Source of the DNA: Perna viridis
Lineage: Eukaryota
Length of the DNA: 64,000 bases
Direction: 5' to 3'
NCBI GenBank assembly: GCA_037379345.1
Contig: CM074518.1
Span: 18,848,001 to 18,912,000 of the forward strand
The notes under the pieces were generated by a model. It was not told where the DNA came from. It saw only the letters and a list, made by a program, of their open reading frames with translations, and did not search any database. Below, piece after piece: positions 53,599 through 64,000 of the stretch (position 1 is its first letter; each line of letters begins with the position of its first letter). Made by a program: the position numbers and the translations under genes.

Positions 53599-53809
53599 GG
53601 AGGTAGACCTAGGGTAAGGGACACAATTCTTAAAAATCATTGAACGTTTGTATTCAGAATTTTACATCAATCCTATGTATGCATCTAATTAACTTGGATT
53701 CATTTTATTCTGCTTCAAATGAAAGCTTGAGAGGCTTTGGTGAAATTGAATATAATACAAACATATCACTGATTTCATGAGTTATGTCCTTTACCCTAGG
53801 TCTACCTCC
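53599..53809. mobile_element. Kolobok-like MITE (TTAA TSD, GG termini)
   Basis: 25-bp TIR GGAGGTAGACCTAGGGTAAGGGACA (1 mismatch) flanked by TTAA on both sides. Confidence 0.85.
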
Positions 53810-56800
53810 TTAAATGAAAATTAAAATTCACAAAAGAGCAAGATTTTCATAGGCAAACATACAATTGGAAAAGACTTTCAAATGATTTTCTGATTCTTGA
53901 GTGGAATGATGTTTAATTGGGAGCAGGTCTACAAGGAGATTGTGAATTAAAGATAGAGAAAAACCAATCAGCCATCAATCCTAATACAAAAACAGTTCAA
54001 TTACAAAACTCAGACATTTCTCATCTCAGTAATAGAACAAATACCACAAAAAATCCTAATAAATTGCCTATTCTCAGTATCCTTGTTTATCTAAAGTGGA
54101 ATTTTCATGCATGACAAGAAGCTATTCAGCTAATCAAAGTTATTGTGAAGGACAAAGTTTTATTTCCTGACTTCTGAGATGTCATTAATCTACGGTTCTT
54201 GTATCAATATCCTGTAATACTAAACACGAGGGTAGGCCTTTTACTTTCTGTATTAATGGTATTCGTGTATGAGATGGCCAGTGTTATTATTGAATAAAGT
54301 TTTTTTCTACTATGGCAAAAAAAATGGAATTATTTTGCGTGTTACTCCTTGAACTATTAGTATGCATAATGACATTATTCCCAATCACTTCTCACTCAAC
54401 AATTTTGTCCCATGTAAAAAGTGTTTTAGTGTAAGTGTGGGTACTGCAATGTCTGTGACACATCTCAATGTATCTCTCAGAGAAATAACAAAGCATTATT
54501 TGGGATTATTTTCATAATAATTCTGCATGGTTCCATTTCTCTGTTATCAATTTTGGGTCCAAGATCAGTAAGTGGAAAAGTTATCAATCATGAGAAATGG
54601 TACGGTATATCGTTGAACAACTTCAATGCCTTATAGTTTGGCACAACTTTACTGTCAACAGTTACATTGTTATTAAACCACAGAGCACAGAATATGTCAA
54701 GATATATTAAAAAGGAAAACAACCCCTATTACCAGTCTTTTATTGTCCAGCAAAAATTCTAAACAATTTATGTGTTAACAGTTTCTCCCTTATTTTAATT
54801 CTGAGTTGTCAGCCAAAACCTTGTGAAATCTTTAATTTTGACCAAAAAAAGGGACAAACTCCTTTAGTTTGATCTAATGGAACAAAATAATGCAAAAGAT
54901 TTGTATTGCTAATTTATTTGAAAAAAAAAATCCATTTTTTCCTCTAAGTTGAAGAGATATTAGACTCAGAAAATGGATTTTCAGCTAGATAAAAAAAATA
55001 CCATCAATGCTCCATTAACATTTGTGTTAAATTTCCCAACTTAATTGGAAAAACTCATGTTTTTGTAAAAAGTGCAGAAATAAAAAAATATGTTTATACG
55101 TAGACAGACACTACAGCTTGTATATCATAAAATTTTATTCTGGCGACTACTTTCACCACTTAGAAAGCATCTCCAGACAACTTGCAATGCTATGCATTAT
55201 TTGTACCTATTCAAAAGGTTATTGTGACAAAAAAACATTAAGTTGCTACCAAAGTTATGCAAGGAACAGGAAGCTAATACCAGACAGCACCAAGAATAAC
55301 TTACCAACAAATGCCCCATCTATAGAAAGCTACACACAAAATTATCAATCAATCCATTTGGAGCCACAATTTCTGTGATGAAAATTTTCTCTATCATTCC
55401 ATATAGTGAAAGATTGCAAAGTTTCATGAAACAAAAAGTAGATACTGGACAGCACCCAAAATAACTTACAACATGACCCCATCCATATACAGCTAGACAC
55501 AAAAATTGGATATCAATCCCCATCCACTGGACACCAAGATATTTGCAGTGAAATTCAGATGACAGACCAAAGAGGAGATTCCAATATTCCATCCACTTGT
55601 TGAGTGGGGGTATAAAAATGTTGTTGATGCATTGTCTGCATTTGTGTATAGTTTTCCCACCTATCTAGCAAAAAATCATGTATTTGTAAAAAAATGTGCA
55701 GAATAACAACACAAGAGTTTGTGTTCATAAAAAGAAAGCAAGACTAAAGCTATATCTAGGTTACTGTATCTCAAAATTGTATTTAGTCACCTAGTTTGAC
55801 CATGTGGATGGTATCTTCAAAAAATATTTTATAGTATACAAATATGCTTTATTTGTACATATTCTAGAGGCTAGTATTGTGACAAAAAATGCTACCTTAA
55901 CATTTATAACTTCCAAAAAGATTTTTGAAAACTTATAGACAACATTGGTAAAATCACACATTGATCTTTATTCAAATTTAACTAATTAGTAATTAAGAAT
56001 TTAAGCAAGGTCCTGGAATGCATACAAAAATGGAACGTCATAGGAGCTATAATTGTGAATTCAACACATAACTATCTAGTAAGTCAACACAGTTGAGTAT
56101 CATTATATTCAATACCATGATTACCAAGTAAATGGACATTACAGAAAACTTTATTGCCTTCAAAGTCGTCCAGATAGTCTATTATATCTTAATAAAAAGT
56201 AAAAAAATTTTACAGGAAGAAAATCTTTAAAAAAATTCTAATTGCAATCTTATCAATTCAAAATATTTAGTAAAATCAGGCAAGGAATTTTCCTTATAAT
56301 GCCCTACATCAAACATCTAAAACCTCCTAAATACCTTACCTCTGACAGTTTACAAGTCCTGCATTACTAAATGTTCAATTACTAAACTTTTATACCAGCA
56401 AACCACATCTGATGAATCATACATACATGGAAAGAGAAATTTCCAAAATCCAATCAAAAACAAGGATTTATCAGCATCATATACCATCCAAGCTAACTGA
56501 CAACAAAAACCCACTTTCTAAATTATTGGAATTATAAAACACATTAGCCAACAAGTTTTTCTATACAATAGATTCCTCTTTATCGCTTCGTTTATGTCTA
56601 GCTTATGTACATTACAGAAGAGGCAGGGGTCAGTCACACTTCAATACTGGATAGTTGTTATTGAAGTAATTTCCTAGTTTGAGTGGCTTTCAGACTATTA
56701 CTAAACATAGCAATGTTTGTGGCCATAAAGACGTCAATTTAGCAAGAAACTAGAATTGATTACAACATGTTTTTGAATTTTATTGGTATTTGCTGTTTAA

Positions 56801-59800
56801 ATCTGGTGCTTAATCCACCCACATTGATGTTGACATCAAATAAACATACATGCTGATCCCCAACTTAATGAAGAAAGTATACCCATTCCATTTACTTGAT
56901 GAAAAAAAATAAGATTCACACAAAAGCAGAAGAACAATTTGTTTTTTTAACATAAGATTGCTGTGTCATATGCCCATCTGAAAAACAATCTGTAGTACGA
57001 AAGCATGACTCAAGTGTTTAAAGACCACAAAGCCAGAACTGCCTCCAGTTTAAAGTTTATTGCAAAAAATGTTCTCAATATACATGTAAAAAATGCCTAT
57101 CAACTATTTAGGTCTTCTTGTCAATAATTAAAGTGTCACAATTAAATGGTCTATAAAGAATATCAAAATAATGTTACAATTTTTACAGATTCTAATGAAT
57201 TCTATAAAGACAGCATCATGATCATGATGAATACAGAAAAAATGGCAATTTTGAAGGAGAAATAGAAAATATCACATTGATCCCAAAACGGCCAGATGTG
57301 ATGTTCTGTCAAGACTTTCAAAACTGGGGTTATCCTGTATATCAGCAACATCACATTTGATTAGAAGTTAGGTTGTGATGGAAATTGCCAATATTTTTTC
57401 TTATCATGGCAGTAGCCTAAGACACTTAATGCTCTAAACTTATTATTTTTTTTTTGGTTGTTCACTTTCAGCGATTCTGTCTAGTAAACAGTCTCAGTTA
57501 TCAATTTTTGCATTCTTTTAAATAATAGGATGTATCGTAGATACAGAAATTATTGCATGTATTCACCATTGTGAAAAATGTGACTAACTCCAAATGTGGA
57601 AATTTAAACATGCTGATACGAAATTTTAGTCAAAAGATTGCAAAAATAAAAATCACATCATATGACTAATATAAGAAATTCCTAATAACTAATGAACAAA
57701 ATAATTTCTGGACTTACATACATGTACAGTAATTACAATTAGTTGTAAAAAATAATTTAGGGGGTACTGTTTTTCTTATTTATATGTCCACTGGCAAATT
57801 GCAAAATTAATACAGTATCGGGCAGTAAAACAATGGAAGAACAACAAAAGATGCTGATAATAACATTTAATTTATACTGCGTGATAATATGTTTACTTAA
57901 AAAGAATGGTAAGCCATGAAAAACTAAAATTCATATTATGTAAATCTTCCAATCTTAAATTTTATAGGAGTCTCAGAAAAAAAAAAACAAAACAAAATTG
58001 TAAACTGATTCAGATGAATTGATTTCAATGGATTATTAAAGCCAAAATTTTAAAAGACAGAGATAAATCTTAACTAAATAAAACAACAAAGCTGGACATG
58101 TAACATAAGGTTTAGATAACCTTTTCTGGGTAAAAGTTTTATAGTATATCAACAGACAGATGAGTCAACATTTCTTTGAAGGCAATCTTATAACCCAAAT
58201 TTTGAATAGGTTTGGTGAGGCAAATGGTTTAGTGATGGTAGGCTGTATGCATGCTGAGTAAAAACCTGGTTTTAGGTATGATAAAGGTATGGCATGCAAT
58301 ATCAGCTGTTGTTGTGAAAACTGGTCTATATGTTATCAGAAATTCATTTATAGAGCTTTAGAGATCTTCATTTTAACTTTCACCTTGATTTGCTTATGAA
58401 AGCAAGTTATGGACTTTGAAATACTTTCTACTTTCTAGCCATATATTCATTGTATATTCTGTTGTCATATTTTGTCCAGACACCATTCTTCTGAGATTTG
58501 TTTATAATGACTTCCTTGTCTTTATTTCCCTTCGCTGACCGATTGACGTCATTTGGTAGTAATTTTCATAGATTTGTGATTTCTTTTAAGAGCTGAGAAA
58601 ATTTAAGCATAAAAATGCATGATTCAAATTTTGTTGGAAATCACTGTAAAAATAGAAACATTAGATCAACGTAAAAGTCATAGAGCTTTTTTTCTTTTAT
58701 TAACTGCAAAATAATGCTGATATTACAAAATGTACAGTACAGTGTTTGTTCAAAACAAATTAAAAAAATTTAATGACATTAAAATGCCACAAAGATAGAT
58801 CTAAGGAATGGTTAACTTAATAAAAATTGAAAAGGTCACTATCTTCAATTTATGTTTCATTCAAACACTGACTTAAGTCCTAATTGAAAATAAACATGTT
58901 CAAATAGCCATAATTAGCTAAAAATAGTGAAAACTTTACAATTGATGCAATGAAATTGTTAATGTTTATACTATACCATCTATAAAATAAAGTATTTAGT
59001 TGTAACAACACTGCTGATGTCAGAAGGGAAATTCAGGTTTTCAACAAAATTTCTTTGCTTCAGAAAAAAAATAAGTTAAAATAATTTCAAAGCAATTTGT
59101 TCTCTTGTTATGTAAATTTGACAATTTATATCACAGGAAATCGAAACAAACCTTCCATTGATTAAATACAAGACTTATGTTGATTTGTGCATGATCCAAG
59201 TTCATTCAGTTTTGATAAACCAGTTCCTTTTATAATCATTTTGTAGAATTTGTTGTGAGAAAGTATCATAAAAAATACCATTTGTAGTATTTCACACATT
59301 TTTAGGTAATTTACTAAAAAAAATTGGCATGAGCCTTCTTTGAAAAAAAAGACAACTTGACAAACTGTAAGCAAAGCTCCCTTGGTGATTTTTCCCAATC
59401 CCCTCCATAAAAACTTTATAGGAAACCCCAAAATTCATGTGGATGGAAAAACAAAATAGGAGGTTCACAATGGCGTCATGTGAAAGTGTAAAAGTGAACC
59501 CATAGTGATCCATAATACACTCAAAATGGTTCCCTGTATTAATGGTGTCTTCTGGCAGAGACTGGTTCTTCAAAACATTTAAGAAATCAACTTTAACTGT
59601 GCATTTTATAAACAATTTATTTGAAAACAAGTACTGTAGGATTTAGGTTCTAATTCAAAATAAAATTTAAAGCAAAGCCAATCTTCCATCTGAAAGTTGG
59701 AAGTTTTAAGCATTTGAAAATCACAATTTCTAAAAATCCAATTTCTGAAAGCACATAAAGATGACAATTATTTCCAGAGAGTTTCCTTTTGCATTCACCA

Positions 59801-61639
59801 TTTCAATTTTCTGCCATTAACTTCATTATTTTTAATGGTTTGAGATGTTGAATTGTGCCAAGGCAGATATTCTATCAAGTTTAACAAAGAAACTGTAAAA
59901 ATTGTACTTTTTATACAAAATATATAGCATTAAAAAATTCAAATGAATTAACAAGAAGTGGTCCAGACAGATAATTCAGTTTAGACTTTACATAATTGGC
60001 TTTACACTGTTAAAACCCTCTCACTTTACTGAGATAAGAGATTTGAACTCATATAAATCTTATCATATAAGACTATAACTATAGCAACTATAAGACACAC
60101 ATTTCATCATCAGATTTTATGGCACCTTTTTTAGACAGTTACAGAAGCAAATTAAAAATAGGGAAATATTTCAAAATTATGCTGATTTCTGGAATTCTAA
60201 AATCTTATCATGTGAAGATGTGAATTATTTTTTTTTTTAAATCCATATTATTATCTGGCATCTGGACCTATTTGTTTGACAATAAGAAATCAAGTACTTC
60301 TGCTAACATTTGGACTATAAGAATAATCAACTTTAAGTACGGCATTTCACTTTGTAGAAGTTGTACAATAATTGTCTTTCTGAAACTATTGTCCACACCT
60401 AACCCAGTAACTCAATAATGACTGTGGAAGACTGCTACAACCAATTATCAGATAATTCCCTTTCATCAAATTTATTGTACAAGTATGAAACATCTCCCAG
60501 CACTTTCTGACCTGTTATTAGAGTACATTATAAGAGAAATATGACAGAACCAGAGAAACTGTCAATCCTTCTATTTACAATTCCTAACAAAAATAGAATC
60601 CATTCAAAATATATGCCATGACATCCAATAATGAGCAAAATTTTCCTTCAGATGACAGAAATCCTGCCTAAAATCCTCACAAAATCTTGACACAGCTTAA
60701 AGGCAAAAGTTCACAATATAATAAGGAAGCCATAAAGAGTGTGAAGCCAAATAGCCATTGTTTGTCACATTTCAGGATAAGCTAGAAATATTGTAAGCAA
60801 GCTCACTAAGAGAATAACTCCAGCTTTAAATAGAATCAAATAAAATATCAAGAAATCCCTTGAGCAGTTTAGGTGAAGTTGGACTTACTGAGGTAATAAC
60901 ATGTAAACCCCTAAAGTTAAAATGTCCCCCTTTAAAGTGCTTCAAAAGTAATTATATTCCTTCATGCAAATCTACATATGATATTGAACCTTCCTAAACA
61001 ATTTCATCAAATCCCTTAAGAAATTCAGGAGTTGCTCTTACAAGGTATTAACATGTAAAACCCTGGAGTTGAATTATCTTACTTTGGCATCGTCAGACAG
61101 TAACTATATTCTTCCATGCACATTTACATATGATACCCAACCTTCCTATACCAAATTTCATCAAAATCCCTTTAGAAAGAGTTGTTCTTACAAGAAATGG
61201 TAACAAACGGGTCGGCAGACAGGGAAATAATATATACCCCCAAACTTTGTTTGTGAGGTAAAAATGTGAGTCAGATTATTGTATAAAACGTACAAACTAC
61301 AATAAGGAAATGCAACTAAATATGCTTAGAATGTATGCCCCATCTATATTAACCCACACACCAAATTTAAAATTGATCCATCCATTAAGAGCAGATATGA
61401 TTGCAATGAAAAAATGAGGACAGACAGACACACAAGGTGATTCCAATAGACCATTCTCTTGTTGTGAGGGGATAAAATATTATATGGATTTTTTAATATC
61501 TAATCCTAAAACACTACTTTAACCCTTAGTAATGAATCATAGGATTCTATGGTTAATATAGGTGTCTTTGGGTTCGTTATGGCAAGTTTAAAAAAAAAAC
61601 ACCAAAAACACATGATATATTCTACAAGTATAGCAAGAA

Positions 61640-62320
61640 TAGGTATGGTGTGTATGTCAAAGAGACAACAACCCCAAAACATCATTATACAAAGGCAAAA
61701 GCAAAGGGGGTTGCCCTTTTATACTCAAGTAACATAAAAAAAAAACTAAAGGTGAAAATGAAATAAGATATACTGAGACCAGAAATTCCTGACTTGGGAC
61801 AGGCACAAAAAAGAGGCAGGGTTAAAGTACTTTGGCATGATCACAACCCTCCCTCTTTAAAATCTGGTAACTTTGAAATAAATATTACACAATTAAAAAC
61901 ATCTAAAATCTGTGCAAAAAGGTCTGAGTCCCTTGTTACAATAGAAATAAAGAAACTGAATATAAATTATACAAATGTACAAACTAAGGACAACTAGCAG
62001 CTAACTGACATGCCAGCTCCAGACCAGTTTAAACCTACTGAAAGCTATGTTCCCGTCGTATGTAAAATCCCCATTCTTCCCATGCTGGGTGGAGAACCAG
62101 GGTAAATCATACATGTAAGTCACACAATAAGGACACAACCCATGTCATGCCAAAAACTGCTTTTAAATATTGTCTTAATTTCTATGTAAAGATCCATGAG
62201 AGATCCAATGTTAATACCAAAAAATACTATCCTTAACAATTTGACAACAATTTCATAACTATATCCCTTACTAATGAGCCTAGTCAACAGTTTAGTTAAC
62301 TTATTGGACAAGTATCAAGC
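61640..62320 (-). mobile_element. 3' fragment of a Penelope-like retroelement or derived repeat
   Basis: ORF remnant KLLTRLISKGYSYEIVVK (L..KGY motif of the PLE C-terminal region). 61743-61862 is a diverged copy of 16761-16875. Confidence 0.5.
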
Positions 62321-64000
62321 TTCCCATGCTTTGGGTAGAATATTACTGTAAAACAAAGGGTGAGAGATACCCGCACATATGTATGTATCTCCTTTTAGTT
62401 TTTGCAGATCAAGTTACCCACACACATTACCTGATGAAAAAATAAAAAGATCACTGAATTTCTTGCAATCAAAATAAAAATTTAGATAACACCAATTATT
62501 ATGTTTTTTTTCAATTTCCATTCCTACACACATCCTATCCTATTTCATTTAAATTTCCAAGAAGGAAGCTTCAGCACCACAAGGTAATTAAAGACACTTC
62601 TCTTAAGGCTTCTATGATTGGAATCTGATTCACTGAGAAATTGAACAATTACAAAAAGCCATTCTATCTTTTCTATTATACCGGTTAAGAAACCATTTCT
62701 AGTGACTTCAAGGGGAATCATCATTTGTAAAATCCAAATCTAGAAAGTGAAAGTGAGTAGATTGTTTTATTGTGAAACAACAAATTGCAATGTAACCAAG
62801 ACTGATTGGTTTTAATATTGGCAGACGCTCTTAAAAGTCATTGTGCAGTCAGCTCCTTCAAGACACCATTCTTTACAAAAATGATCCAAATGGTATGCAC
62901 AGAGGAATGTGATACATACAGATGGAATCATCAGTCTCATTATATATTTACCAAGTTCTTCGTTAGAATTTTATGGAAAATCACACATCAAAGCATTTAC
63001 TGCTACAAATCATTCACAAAAGTTTGACATAAATCCTTCAAAAATGGAAGCAACCAGCCTAAAAAGTTATAATAAACTATGTACCTGTTCTAAAAAGGTG
63101 GTCATGTTTGTCAGATTTCTAAAAAAAATCAATCCTGTCAAAGCTTTTAATGTTACTTACCAATCACAAAAGTTTGAGGGAAATCTATCTTAAATGGAGG
63201 CGACATTTATCTCAGCAAATAACCTAAATCAGTATATCTTAACTAAAACTCCCTTCCAAAAAGCAGTCTCCTTGACAAATCAAGTAAAATCAATCCTATC
63301 AAATATTGCATTGCTTCTGTTTTAAATCACTAAATCCCCTCCCAAAATAAGTGGCCCCTGGCCGTAGACCCATTTCTGTGAAAATCAATCCTATCCTAGA
63401 TTTCATTTCTACTAATTCGAAGAAGAGAAATAAGAAATGAGGATCTACCCAGGCGACAAATTGCTAAGGCACAGACAGACTGATGATTGACAGGTCAAAA
63501 GCCGTATACCCAGGCAACATTGTCTAAAGAATAATAATGATGACAACAAACACAGTGATTGCAATAGCTCACATTATCTTAAAACTTGCCCTCACATTTC
63601 CAAAGCAAGTGTTTAAAGGGAAATACTTGTTTATACGACACATGTTTAATCAAACAACTCACCACGCTACCACCTGGTGTTGAACAGCCACTTCTTCCAG
63701 AAGAGTGATATCCCCGTAAATGCCTAAAAAGAGTTATGTTTAAATAAGAATTAATTAAAGCTGATTTATTCATAAAAAAATATATTTCAAAAATAAAATT
63801 ATAGAAATGTGGTCATCTCTCTTGTAAATACTATGATGGAACTTCAACTTTATTTTCAGGGGTCGAAATTTTCTTTCGACACTAATAAGTCTAATGATCA
63901 TACATGTATGTCATGGTTGCTGATAAAATTTACCAATATCCTCCTTTAGTTAATTGATGGTCAAGCAAGATACAATTCAACAGTAAACTAGATGCCAACT

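Noticed and set aside
56340-56358. Second microexon candidate on the - strand (AG|19 nt|GTAAGG)
   Set aside because: It is not a multiple of 3, has a weak polypyrimidine tract, and the alternative 27-nt version begins with TAA.
58120-58595. Possible additional minus-strand exon (local skew reversal, acceptor-like TTTCTCAG)
   Set aside because: All three frames contain stop codons.
61640-62460. Hammerhead ribozyme associated with the Penelope-like fragment
   Set aside because: CTGATGA at 62431 is not followed by a stem II and GAAA core, and no other core was found by eye.

Overview
AT-rich, CpG-depleted eukaryotic DNA, most likely from a bivalve mollusc (Mytilus-like repeat content; this is inferred from recalled repeat motifs, not searched). 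It holds two convergent intron-rich genes. On the + strand is the 3' part of a homeodomain-interacting protein kinase (HIPK) gene: 13 coding exons from 1 to 17654 join in frame by hand, followed by a probable ~7.2-kb 3'UTR ending near 24900. On the - strand is the 3' end of an unidentified gene (exons 37590-37652, 34096-34272 and 32110-32589, plus a candidate 27-nt neural-type microexon at 45247-45273); its introns appear to extend beyond the window end. These introns contain a degenerate, end-complete tyrosine-recombinase (DIRS-order, PAT-like) retrotransposon at 40487-44770 with split direct repeats A1...B1A2..B2, and a young, highly structured 491-bp retroposon with a 12-bp TSD, no tRNA head and a 5' pseudoknot (36949-37439). 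The window also has several MITE families (CAGGG ends with 5-bp TSDs, Kolobok-like TTAA, PIF/Harbinger-like, Tc1/mariner-like), Helentron-type and Penelope-like remnants, and minisatellites. I found no tRNA, rRNA or CRISPR features. Most short ORFs in the track are spurious.
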